DNA of 55,852 bases from an uncultured Clostridia bacterium. Lineage in GTDB: Bacteria > Bacillota > Clostridia > TANB77 > CAG-508. The notes beneath the pieces are model-generated. The model saw only the letters and a list, made by a program, of their open reading frames with translations. It searched no databases and was not told the origin of the DNA. This document shows, piece by piece, positions 30,501 through 39,768 of the stretch (its first letter is position 1; each line of letters starts with the position of its first letter). The stretch lies in assembly GCA_944391835.1 (NCBI GenBank), contig CALXVA010000003.1:1-55852 (forward strand). The letters are read 5' to 3'. The position numbers and the translations under genes are program-made.

Positions 30501-32656
30501 CTCCAACAGGAACAGTACATACAGAATTGCCAATAGGTGAGAGAGCTTATGTTGATAGTGAAAATAGTGAAAAAATAATAGATGTAGGTAATATTCCAGC
30601 AGGAGAAACTGCAACAGTAAGATATGATTTAAGAGTAAGAAGTATCGTACTTATGCCAGGAATAGATAACGAAGGCTATAGAGCAATGGAAGCTACAGCT
30701 TCATTAACATCTGACAATATAACAGGAGAAATACCATCAACACCATATACATTACAAGTAACAGAAGGTGATTTGGAAATACTAAATATACCAAATGCAG
30801 ATGCAGATGAAGTATTACGTAAAGGTAGAGTAGTAGAATATGCAATTTCTATAGAAAATATTTCTAGAAATAAAAACCTAACAAATGTAACATTAAACTT
30901 AAGTTTCCCAGAAGGCATTACAATTAAAGAAGCCACTTTTGTAAATGCAGAAGGAGAAAGTGTTACAGATGGAGTTAATATAAACGGCCAAAACATCTCT
31001 ATGAACGTAGGTGAACTAGGAAGTTTTGGAAATAGCACAAGAACAAGTACACAAGCCTCAATTAAATTTGAAGTAGAAGACTTTAAGGGAGACTTAACAT
31101 CAATAATAACTGCAACTGCAGACGGAATGGACACACATTATTCAAATGTTAGAAGATTTAGCACAGATAAAATAGACTTAAGCATAGAACAAGAAGAACT
31201 TTCAAAAGTATATGTAAAAGAAGGTTCAGAATATAGTTACAATATAAAAGTAACAAATAATAGTGAAACTTCATCAATGTCTAACGAAGTAAAAATGGTA
31301 CTTCCAGAAGGGCTAACTTTTGTGGAAGCTACATACAAAAATGGAGAAGATACAGGAACAGTTAAAAGCTCTTCAAAAGGTGTGGTTACAGTAGATATAA
31401 TAGAAATTGAAGCTGGAGCAACAGTAGAGGTAGAAATAAAAGTAAGAGCAGATATTTTACCAGACAAAAACAATAAAGAAGTAAAAACAACAGCAACAGT
31501 AGAAGCTTTTGGCTTTCCAGCTATAACTTCAAACGAAGTAACAGCAATAATAGAATATGACCCTAATGCAAATCATAGCCAAGGTGGAGGCAGTAGCAGT
31601 GGAGGCAATGATAATGATAGACCAAATACTTATAGAATAACAGGAACTGCTTGGATAGACACAAACGAAGATGGAGAAAGAAATTCTTCAGAGCCAAAAG
31701 TAGGAGGAATGCAAGTTATATTATTAAATAGTGATGCAAGCGAAATTATAAGAGATGAAGAAACTAATGAAGAAAAAAGAACCACAACTTCAGATAATGG
31801 AACATACACATTTAATAATTTACCAAATGGGGAATATGTAGTAGTATTTGCTTATGATTCATCAAACTATAGCTTAACAGAGTACCGAAAAGAAGATGTT
31901 AACGAAAGATTTAACTCTGATGCAATAGATGTTAATATAACAATAGATGGAGAAAGAAGACTAGCTGGTATGACAGACGTACTTGTAGTAGATGGAGAAA
32001 ATGTAAGAGATATAGATATTGGTATATGTGCAGCAACAAAATTTGACTTAAGGCTTGATAAATATGTAGACAAAATAACTCTTACAACACCTACAATAGG
32101 TACAAGAGTAGACGAATACGAAAGAAACGCAGTTTTAGGAAAAGTAGAGGTTTTAGAGAGAAACGTAGGACAAAGTAGTGCAGTAATAGAATACAAAATA
32201 GTAGTTACAAATGAAGGATCAGTACCTGGCTATGCAAATAGAATAGTAGATTACTTACCAGAAAATGTAAACTTTAGTACAGAATTAAACCCAGACTGGT
32301 ACTTGTCTGAAAATGGAAATATTTACAATTCTACACTAGCAGAGGAAATAATAAATCCAGGAGAAACAAAAGAACTAACATTAATAGTTAGTGTAAATAT
32401 AGAAGAGGATACTTTAGGAATATTAGACAACAGAGCAGAAATATACGAAAGCTATAACGAAATGGGATTACAAGATATAGACTCAACTCCAAATAATAAT
32501 GATAGCGAAGAAGACGATATGGGTAAGGCAGAAGTTATATTAGGACTAGTAACAGGTGCAGCTTTAATGTATACAGCAATTATACTTGTAGTAGCAACAA
32601 TATTAGGATTTGGCATATATGGAATTAAAAAATATATTTTAAATAAGAAAAAATAA
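27512..32656 (+). CDS. Giant surface protein (~1714 aa) with DUF11-like and SdrD B-like domains and a C-terminal membrane anchor
   Basis: Signal peptide; 'ITGTAWIDTNEDG...GTYTFNNLPNGEYVVVF' SdrD_B; C-terminus LGLVTG + TM + KKYILNKKK. ATG 27512 follows GGAGG. Confidence 0.8.
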   Translation: MSKLFEKTIALIMVIILMSANLLIIGEFTIARALSDEELNEQTSETNQRNVQFNSYFYGETHNQTFDIGSEDAKMYLRIVVNNAGYIDNGTTIEFQNANFKIKDGVSNENIKSIDTESNKIVLNKIDNGSDITLEIPIEILKGDNVSLDYFSKEATTKLLGTYVDGEGERRSLEKEVVNKLSWRGTAEAEVSIEATKYIPYNIEESAVTSEETEVSTNQATEPNANESTTPEIGVDLGAGENVEANAQASEEEAESVHENYGVMVQVKVNSNVKDSNLPIKNTMLEITAPEINSNKPTSVTVIANKTEATNGKTDGLEFTNSNYSYDIETGKVTINTANLQDSISWKKNVKDEYIVTYIFEGKEIYDYVMQNGLDCTTTAVANLTLYNNEESTITTNAIAEIKYTEPTGEMTDFDMNATKDLSKGYVYANYEARNKQETEYYTDYIATIHSAKLTTSLEFAQEYDKFLTEDERQAYTTIDDKNYAYNKRIEISQAIFNKILGEDGEITVKSSDGTELGKINKESTLEDGIYSLDISESNNNRLVITTTAPITEGKFEIRIVKALKGEIDYSRTQMQSFNKVRTEFEGKTNIDSTAKTVDIELKEPETKVELQISKPNLTTVLTNENVEIRVILNTSSIYNGLFKNPTLKITLPSYIRRINLKGTNILLGNGLEIKNAGLIEENGHAVIMVELEGNQTEYAIDAEYKGAIIVLNTDLTTDTLTPSGSDKITLEYTNENEVATNTEGSLSADINYVAPSGVVTANGVSNYKDGEEDVLSISEEPITLPIDTYSDERTTTIEGTVINNYENDISNISILGRIPAQGNTQIDTNNEMGSTFSMPLATQVELKGVDSKNYTVYYSDNANANKNLQDASNGWSTTARTSSKSYLIVFNDDYKMKPGTKIDISYDMVMPENLTPDNDTYTMYKVYYTNDSEIGQMVESKTSSVIGFSTGEGPEAEITLSTATDTVRGGQIVEMTATIKNTGDTDIENAKLKAIAPTGTVHTELPIGERAYVDSENSEKIIDVGNIPAGETATVRYDLRVRSIVLMPGIDNEGYRAMEATASLTSDNITGEIPSTPYTLQVTEGDLEILNIPNADADEVLRKGRVVEYAISIENISRNKNLTNVTLNLSFPEGITIKEATFVNAEGESVTDGVNINGQNISMNVGELGSFGNSTRTSTQASIKFEVEDFKGDLTSIITATADGMDTHYSNVRRFSTDKIDLSIEQEELSKVYVKEGSEYSYNIKVTNNSETSSMSNEVKMVLPEGLTFVEATYKNGEDTGTVKSSSKGVVTVDIIEIEAGATVEVEIKVRADILPDKNNKEVKTTATVEAFGFPAITSNEVTAIIEYDPNANHSQGGGSSSGGNDNDRPNTYRITGTAWIDTNEDGERNSSEPKVGGMQVILLNSDASEIIRDEETNEEKRTTTSDNGTYTFNNLPNGEYVVVFAYDSSNYSLTEYRKEDVNERFNSDAIDVNITIDGERRLAGMTDVLVVDGENVRDIDIGICAATKFDLRLDKYVDKITLTTPTIGTRVDEYERNAVLGKVEVLERNVGQSSAVIEYKIVVTNEGSVPGYANRIVDYLPENVNFSTELNPDWYLSENGNIYNSTLAEEIINPGETKELTLIVSVNIEEDTLGILDNRAEIYESYNEMGLQDIDSTPNNNDSEEDDMGKAEVILGLVTGAALMYTAIILVVATILGFGIYGIKKYILNKKK

Positions 32657-32676
32657 GGAAAGGAGGAAAATTTAAG

Positions 32677-35600
32677 ATGAAGTCAATTAAAAGTAGGAAG
32701 ACAAAGAGAATTGCTATTATAGTAATTATGTCGATGGTAATATTAGCTTTATCATTTTTCTGTAAATCGACAATAGCAGGCAATAACTATAAAAAGATTA
32801 ATGAAGCTATTGTAAGAGTACCAGAAGAAGTGCAAAAGGCAGATACTTCTGTAGAAGTAAAACAAACTAGTGGCTCCTCTGCAAATAAATCTGCAGAGGA
32901 AACTGAAGAGACAGAAAGCGTATTAAGTTCAACTAATAAAAAAGTCCAAACTTTAGATGATGGAACTGTAATTGTTACAGAAACAACTGTAGAAGAAAAA
33001 GAAGATGGAACTTATGTAACAGAAGTAAAAAAGGAAACTACTAAAAAGGGTGAAACCTCTTTTGATATAACCTATACAGATAAAGATGGACATACAACAG
33101 TAGTAGAAATAGACCCAGATGAAATTAAAGAAATTATAGATGCTGGATTTGGAAATTCTGGAGAAGACCTAACAGACCTTTTAAAAGATAAGTTGACAGG
33201 TGTTGTGGAAGATAAGGTTAACGAATTTTTGCAAGAACAATTAAACAACTTAACAGATGATTTACCAGATAACAAAATTACAGAATTCTTAACAGATGCT
33301 TTAGAAAAAGAATTACCAAATATTGTTTCAGATGTACTATCTGGTGAATTACCAGAAATACTTACAGGAGACATAGAAGAACAATTAAAAGATGTTTTAA
33401 CAGATTTAACTACTGACAAGCTAGAAGATGTGTTTAAAGAAATGTCTACAAATGTTGTAAAAGATATTTTAACAAATATAACATCAGACATCATAAGCGA
33501 TATTCTACCAGACACAATATCTGATACAGTAGTAGATATGGTAGTAGATAAAATAGGCAGTGTAACAGTAGACGATATAAAGAATATGGTAGATAATGTA
33601 ACAAACTTAACACCAGAAACAATTAAAGATGCTTTAACAAATACAGCAGAAGATTTATTAACAGAAGGAATAAATGGCATAACAAATAGCTTAAAAGACA
33701 AAGTAAATGGTGTTCTAGAAGATATTTTACCAGATGACTCTATAGATATAACTTTAGACTTAGGTTTTGGAGAAATTAATATAAGTGCAGGAACTTCTAG
33801 TGGAGGCTCAGGCAGTGGCTCTGGAGGTTCTGGAACAGGAGGATCAGGTAGTGGTTCTGGTAGCTCTGGAAGCACTGGAGGAGCAGGAAACAGTACTGTA
33901 GTAGATACGGAAACAGGCGAAATTCTAAAAATAGAAAGGAACGAAGATGGTACTTTTAAGGTTGCTTTATTAACCGAAGAAAATAAAGATTATACAGATA
34001 CTCACCCAGGAGATACTTTTACACAAAGTGATGGAACTACAGTAGAAGGATATGAAATAAAACAATATACAACTATGGTAGATATTGATACAGGTATGGC
34101 AAAATCTACAGCAGTAATGCTTGCTTACTGTTCAGAACATGGTGCAAAATTTGAAAAATTAGCAGGAAAATTATCATACAAAGATGTTACAGAGTATGGA
34201 TATTATTGGGTAAAACCAAATGGAGGAGCAAACTTTAAAGAATGGATACATCAGGGAGATGCGAGCCAAGGAATAGGCATAGGAACTAAAAATCCAGATA
34301 TTGTAATTGGTGGAATAAGTGGACTCACGGACTTCCTTGAGGATCCAGAAGGACTTTTTGAAGATTTCTATGACATTATCATCGATTCAATAGGTTCAGT
34401 TGCTAGTGGAGGTGCATTAGGAGAATTTCCACCTCACATTGAAAATTGGCAAGAACATAACGGAGAAAGAACCTACCCATTTTTACACTGCCAAGGTGAA
34501 GGTTACCATTATGATTTAACAGATAAAGCAGGTTCACAATACCATCCAGACTTAGCATATATAATTACCTATCCAACTTTTGCAGAATGGGACTCTAAAA
34601 AACAAAATGCAGTTTGGTGTACAGACTATGGTAAACAAAAAGGTAAATCTACAGATATAACACAAGAAGGTAAAGATTTATATCAAGAAGCATTAAAATA
34701 CGAAGACTTTCACGATAAAATGGAAGAAGCAAAGGAAGCAGATCAAGAAGAGTTAAGTGTTATGCCAGAAAACTTAACAGATTATGATAAACTAAGAGTA
34801 TATGCAGATTATGATTCACAAAAATTAACTGTAGGACCATACTCTATAGATTATATTTGTGGTGTATATGATGAAGTAACAGTTGGTGGTATTTCCGATA
34901 TGTACTTTATAGGATTAAACTCTGATGATGAAATAGTAAAAGAAAAAATAGAAATAGAAAAATATATATACAATGACGAAGAACTAGATTTAGACTTCTT
35001 CGAACCAAATGAAGACGATTCTTCTTTTGTAAGCTATGATGAGCAGGTATACCCAAAAGGAGTATCTGCAGGAGAAGAAGAGTTTTACTTAAGAATTGAA
35101 AACCCAAATGAAGGTGTAACTACAGATGCAGAAAGAGTAAGTAAGCTTGTACTACACATAGATTTTAAATGGATGACAGCAGGAGCAGAAATTTGTGAAA
35201 CTTTAGGCTATGTATATGAAGTAGAATGGAAATCTATACCTATAATAGAAAACAGTGTATTAATTCCTTTGAAAGAAATAGCTAATGCATTGGGTATACC
35301 ATTACCATTTGACATATATCAACATACAGGATATAACGAAGATTATTCTCGATTAAAACCAATAGAAGTACAAGATCACTTTATAGTACTATTTATGGAA
35401 AGACAACTACACGCAACATCACTTGAAATTGGATTAGAAATGGATGGAGGTACACCACCAACTGATGTGCCACCAACTGATGTGCCACCAGGAATTAACA
35501 TCACAATGAAACTTGGAGGTTATGTATGGGAAGAAACTCTATCAGGTAAGGAAAACTTAGCAGATGGTGTAAGTACAACAGAGGGTGATAGAAGATACAA

Positions 35601-38600
35601 AAACATAAAAGTATCATTATATGACGAAGACGGAAATTTAGTAGAACTATCAGCAACAGAAGAGATGGAGGGTGGAACAGAAGAATCAGTTTACCACAAA
35701 ATAAACCCAACCTATACCGATGAAGAAGGTAGATACCTATTCTTAGGATTAGACCCATTAAAGAAATACTATGTAGTATTTGAATATAATGGACAACGTT
35801 ACTTACCAACAGATTACAATATGAACATAGATGCATACAATACAGAAGAATGGGAGGTAACATCAAAGGCAACAGAGGCAGAGTCGGCTGGAACAGAGGG
35901 TATAGAAATTGGAAGAGACGAATATGACCAAAGATTCCAAGAAATATCAGCATATCCACACAACTATCCATCAAGTAATTCAATGGGTGCTGGCTCAGAA
36001 AATGCAGCATATAACCAATTAGACTTAATGGGTTATGAATTAACAGAAAATGGAACTTATTCTAAGTCAAAAACTCAATGGATTGACGGATACGAATTTG
36101 ACGAAAACGGACTTGAAACAGATGAATGGACAGAAGGTGAAGTATCTAAGAAAATAAGGGAATTTATAGAAAGCAATGAAGCTTATCCATCAGATGACGA
36201 TATGAAGAGTATTTACTCATCAATAGGTGGAGAAGATGCATTAAAAATAGGACAATTCTTAGAAGATAGTGCAATACAAGCATATACGGCATCACAGGGA
36301 GCAGGAGAACCTGACCTATATCCAGTATATGAGCAATTTGTAATAAATGAAAGTGAAGAAGATAGAAAGGCAGAAGATCCATGGGCAGTAGAATATGACA
36401 CAAGCTCAATTACAATAGCAGGAACAGAATTTAAACCTATTTATCCAGGACAGCTATACATAAACTTAGGTTTATGGAGAAGACAAGAACTTGACCTAGC
36501 CCTTAGAAAAGATATATATAAAGGAGCATTAAAAATAAATGACAAAACAGTAATATATACTTACGAGAAAAGAGCAGAAGAGGAAGAAGGAGCAAATAGT
36601 GCAGACGGACAAGATAATGACACATATTGGGATATAAATGTCAGAATGTCAGATTATGAAGCATATTATAACTCGGGTTACAACAGAGAAATATATGAAA
36701 CAGATTATAGTTATGACTCGGCGCAAATGGGACACCCTGGTACAGACTTAGAGGTATATATAACATACAAAATAACACTTAGAAACCAATCAATGAGTAT
36801 AATGGCACAAATACAAGAAGTAGTAGACTACTATGATGTAGACTACACATATAAACCAAATCTATCATGGGTAATTTATCAAACATCAGGTAGCTCACGT
36901 ACGGGAATAGATAAAGATAAATATTACGAAATGATGGATCAAGACCAAGAAATCATAGATGCAGAAAGCACATCAGCAACACAATTTATAGACAATGCAC
37001 AAGATGCAAATGCAACCGAAGGCTCAAGCAGATATGGTGATGAAAAGAGCATAAGTGGATATCAAAACTTATATGTAAATGGACTAGAAGGCAAGAAATT
37101 AGCAACAGGTGAAACAGCATACATTTACTTAACATTTGAAGTAAATAAAGAAGGAAATAGAATAATACTAGATGACGAAAGCAGTCCAAAAGAGAATATT
37201 GCAGAAATTAACGGATTTATTTCATACTATGCAGATGGTACATCGCTTCCAAATGGTATAAGCAAAGGATCTGGAGATATTGCCGGATTATTAGATAGAG
37301 ATTCTAACCCAGGTAACCTAGAAAATGAAGATGTAGTACCAGGAACAAAATATGAGAAGAACTTCGAAGACGATACAGATAGAGCTCCATCAATAAGAGT
37401 TTCAATCGACCCAGAGGCTATAAGAAAAGTAAACGGTACTGTATGGGAAGATGAAAGAACTGAAAACTCAGGAGAAGCAGTTATAGGTGATGGTATTAGA
37501 CAGGAAGATGAAATAGGAATAAGAGGAGTAACTGTACAGCTAGTTGAAAAATGTGTAGATGGTTCAGAATACATTTGGCAAGAAACAACAACAGGTGATG
37601 ACGGTACCTACAACTTTGAAGAATATATACCAGGAGATTATGTAATAAGATTCTACTATGGTGATACAGAAGCAACAGTAGTACCATCTGACGGACAATT
37701 AACTTCTTACAATGGTCAAGACTTTAAGTCTACAACATATCAAGATGGTATAGACCAAAACGGACAAACAGACTTAGACGGAAGATATCAAGGTTATATT
37801 AACACAGCAACACAAAATGTTAGTGGAACATATAATCCAAACGTAGGAGCACCAACTGAAGACACTTATGGATATGATATATATAAAGCAGATAGTGACT
37901 CAACAAACTATTCAGATGCAAAAGATATTTGGACTTCATCTAACAGAGAAGGTATAAATATAATAGGACCTGTAAGCTCAGCAAGAGAAGTTGCAGGAAG
38001 AGACAGAGTAATAGAATACAGTAAAGAAAATGTAACTAACCACATTGCAGAGGTTCTAGCTTCACCTTATAGTGGAGATTCAAGTCTATACGGAGAGTTA
38101 ATGGACAATACTTATATGACAGCAGAGACTGGTATTATAGTAGTAGAGTTCGAGTATGATAGACAACAATCAGAGGGAGACAAAGAAGAAGAAAATAACT
38201 CATCTAACTCAAGTAAAGATTATGTAGATCCAGGAAATAGACACAACAGTACCTATGAATTGAAAAACGTAGACTTTGGTATAGAGGAAAGACCAAAATC
38301 ACAACTTGAAATAGATAAATCTGTATCAAATGTTAAAGTAACACTTGCAAACAACAGTATACTATTTGATATAAACGAAGCAGCAAATAATGCTTTATGG
38401 CAAGATCATAAAGAGTATAATGTAGATGAAGAAATGCAGGACGGTATGTATGAAGAATACTACGGAGATGATGGAAAAGACAGATATTCATTCAGAGATG
38501 AAATCCAAGGCATAGTACAAGGTACAGACAAAGGTTTAATACAGCTTACAATGGATGAAGAGTTAATGCATGGTGCTACAATTCAAGTAACATACACAAT

Positions 38601-39222
38601 TAAAATTACAAACGTAGGAGAGACAGATTATGTAGATGGAGACAGTAAGAACTTCTACTACAAAGGAGATACATCTGGAGCACATGTATCAACAACTACA
38701 CCAAACCAAGTAGTAGACTATGTACAAAACAACTTACAATTTGCAGCAAATAATGAAACAAATAGCGGAGCTGGTTGGTCAGTAATATCTGGTGCAGACT
38801 TAGTTGGAGGAGATTTAGTAAATGCTAGATTGACAGAGAACGTTGCACAATTCAATACAATAATACAAACAGAAAGCTTTGGAACTGCATTACTACCTGG
38901 TGAAGAAATAACTCAAACATTAATACTATCACAATTAATCACACCAGAAAATACAGAAGACGATTTACAATACACTAACATGGCAGAGATTGTAAAAACA
39001 TCTAACGAAAATGGTAGAAGAATGGCATTCTCAGTAGTAGGTAACCAAGACCCATTGCTAGATAACCCAACAGAAATAGATGCAAGCATGGCAGAGAGAA
39101 TAATTATCTTAACACCATTTGGTGAAAACAACTTCTTCTACATGATAGCAGGAATAGTAGCAGTAATGTTAGTAATTGGAATTGTATTGATTAAAGTATT
39201 TGTACTTAAAAAGAGAGACTAA
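32677..39222 (+). CDS. Giant surface adhesin (2181 aa): helical N-region, G/S linker, probable thioester domain, two SdrD B-like domains, C-terminal anchor
   Basis: Signal peptide; AYCSEHG and QNAVW; 'LGGYVWEE..', 'VNGTVWED...GTYNFEEYIPGDYVIRF'; C-terminus ILTPFG + TM + KKRD. Confidence 0.8.
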   Translation: MKSIKSRKTKRIAIIVIMSMVILALSFFCKSTIAGNNYKKINEAIVRVPEEVQKADTSVEVKQTSGSSANKSAEETEETESVLSSTNKKVQTLDDGTVIVTETTVEEKEDGTYVTEVKKETTKKGETSFDITYTDKDGHTTVVEIDPDEIKEIIDAGFGNSGEDLTDLLKDKLTGVVEDKVNEFLQEQLNNLTDDLPDNKITEFLTDALEKELPNIVSDVLSGELPEILTGDIEEQLKDVLTDLTTDKLEDVFKEMSTNVVKDILTNITSDIISDILPDTISDTVVDMVVDKIGSVTVDDIKNMVDNVTNLTPETIKDALTNTAEDLLTEGINGITNSLKDKVNGVLEDILPDDSIDITLDLGFGEINISAGTSSGGSGSGSGGSGTGGSGSGSGSSGSTGGAGNSTVVDTETGEILKIERNEDGTFKVALLTEENKDYTDTHPGDTFTQSDGTTVEGYEIKQYTTMVDIDTGMAKSTAVMLAYCSEHGAKFEKLAGKLSYKDVTEYGYYWVKPNGGANFKEWIHQGDASQGIGIGTKNPDIVIGGISGLTDFLEDPEGLFEDFYDIIIDSIGSVASGGALGEFPPHIENWQEHNGERTYPFLHCQGEGYHYDLTDKAGSQYHPDLAYIITYPTFAEWDSKKQNAVWCTDYGKQKGKSTDITQEGKDLYQEALKYEDFHDKMEEAKEADQEELSVMPENLTDYDKLRVYADYDSQKLTVGPYSIDYICGVYDEVTVGGISDMYFIGLNSDDEIVKEKIEIEKYIYNDEELDLDFFEPNEDDSSFVSYDEQVYPKGVSAGEEEFYLRIENPNEGVTTDAERVSKLVLHIDFKWMTAGAEICETLGYVYEVEWKSIPIIENSVLIPLKEIANALGIPLPFDIYQHTGYNEDYSRLKPIEVQDHFIVLFMERQLHATSLEIGLEMDGGTPPTDVPPTDVPPGINITMKLGGYVWEETLSGKENLADGVSTTEGDRRYKNIKVSLYDEDGNLVELSATEEMEGGTEESVYHKINPTYTDEEGRYLFLGLDPLKKYYVVFEYNGQRYLPTDYNMNIDAYNTEEWEVTSKATEAESAGTEGIEIGRDEYDQRFQEISAYPHNYPSSNSMGAGSENAAYNQLDLMGYELTENGTYSKSKTQWIDGYEFDENGLETDEWTEGEVSKKIREFIESNEAYPSDDDMKSIYSSIGGEDALKIGQFLEDSAIQAYTASQGAGEPDLYPVYEQFVINESEEDRKAEDPWAVEYDTSSITIAGTEFKPIYPGQLYINLGLWRRQELDLALRKDIYKGALKINDKTVIYTYEKRAEEEEGANSADGQDNDTYWDINVRMSDYEAYYNSGYNREIYETDYSYDSAQMGHPGTDLEVYITYKITLRNQSMSIMAQIQEVVDYYDVDYTYKPNLSWVIYQTSGSSRTGIDKDKYYEMMDQDQEIIDAESTSATQFIDNAQDANATEGSSRYGDEKSISGYQNLYVNGLEGKKLATGETAYIYLTFEVNKEGNRIILDDESSPKENIAEINGFISYYADGTSLPNGISKGSGDIAGLLDRDSNPGNLENEDVVPGTKYEKNFEDDTDRAPSIRVSIDPEAIRKVNGTVWEDERTENSGEAVIGDGIRQEDEIGIRGVTVQLVEKCVDGSEYIWQETTTGDDGTYNFEEYIPGDYVIRFYYGDTEATVVPSDGQLTSYNGQDFKSTTYQDGIDQNGQTDLDGRYQGYINTATQNVSGTYNPNVGAPTEDTYGYDIYKADSDSTNYSDAKDIWTSSNREGINIIGPVSSAREVAGRDRVIEYSKENVTNHIAEVLASPYSGDSSLYGELMDNTYMTAETGIIVVEFEYDRQQSEGDKEEENNSSNSSKDYVDPGNRHNSTYELKNVDFGIEERPKSQLEIDKSVSNVKVTLANNSILFDINEAANNALWQDHKEYNVDEEMQDGMYEEYYGDDGKDRYSFRDEIQGIVQGTDKGLIQLTMDEELMHGATIQVTYTIKITNVGETDYVDGDSKNFYYKGDTSGAHVSTTTPNQVVDYVQNNLQFAANNETNSGAGWSVISGADLVGGDLVNARLTENVAQFNTIIQTESFGTALLPGEEITQTLILSQLITPENTEDDLQYTNMAEIVKTSNENGRRMAFSVVGNQDPLLDNPTEIDASMAERIIILTPFGENNFFYMIAGIVAVMLVIGIVLIKVFVLKKRD
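35455..35490 (+). repeat. 15-bp tandem repeat encoding a PPTDV linker
   Basis: CCACCAACTGATGTG x2 + CCACCA. Confidence 0.85.
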
Positions 39223-39231
39223 TAGTTAAAT

Positions 39232-39274
39232 AAAATCGTGGACAAAAGGGACACTCCATTTTGTCCACGATTTT
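39232..39274. terminator. REP-like copy 4 acting as terminator
   Basis: AAAATCGTGGACAAAAGGGACACTCCATTTTGTCCACGATTTT followed by a T-run. Confidence 0.85.
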
Positions 39275-39294
39275 TTTGCTATATAATATAACAA

Positions 39295-39484
39295 CCAAAG
39301 TTAATAAGTATATTTATCAAATTTTTTTGTTCCTTGGTGTCGCACCCTACTAATGATAAAAAGAAAAATAAATTTTTCTTTTTATCGCAGGAAATGTGCT
39401 ATAAATCGCACTCGCTTCAAAGAAGCTCGTTTGGTCGCTTACGCGTCACTACAAAAATTCTCTAAATATACTTATTAACTTTGG
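39295..39484. repeat. Fold-back element E1 (MITE-like or structured RNA)
   Basis: Perfect 22-bp terminal IR CCAAAGTTAATAAGTATATTTA; internal perfect 15-bp hairpin 39355-39386. Confidence 0.65.
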
Positions 39485-39646
39485 CTCATCTATTATATAG
39501 TAGCACTTTTCTTAAGTTTTTCCATACAAATTATTGAAAAAACCGCTATTATAGGATAAAATAGTACAAGTAAAATGATAAAAAAGAGAAAAATAATAGA
39601 AAGCACATCACATTTTGTAAAAAACTTTTTTATATTATGGATTAAA

Positions 39647-39680
39647 TGTGACAAAAAACTATTTTAAAAAAAGCTATAAT
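39647..39680 (+). promoter_or_regulatory. spoIIE-type promoter with 21-bp spacer
   Basis: GTGACA (39648-39653)-21 bp-TATAAT (39675-39680); TGTGACA is a degenerate reverse 0A box. Confidence 0.5.
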
Positions 39681-39768
39681 TAAGTAGCATTAAAAAATGC
39701 TACGAACACAAAGGATAAACTAAGAGGAGAAACTTTAATGCATAAATAAAAAGGTAGAGGTGGTTATT

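Noticed and set aside
7963-39131. Numerous minus-strand ORFs opposite the large surface genes (e.g. 8341..9405, 33072..33875)
   Set aside because: Shadow ORFs caused by biased ACA/GTA/GAA codon usage; low-complexity S/V/F/L translations with no recognisable motifs.
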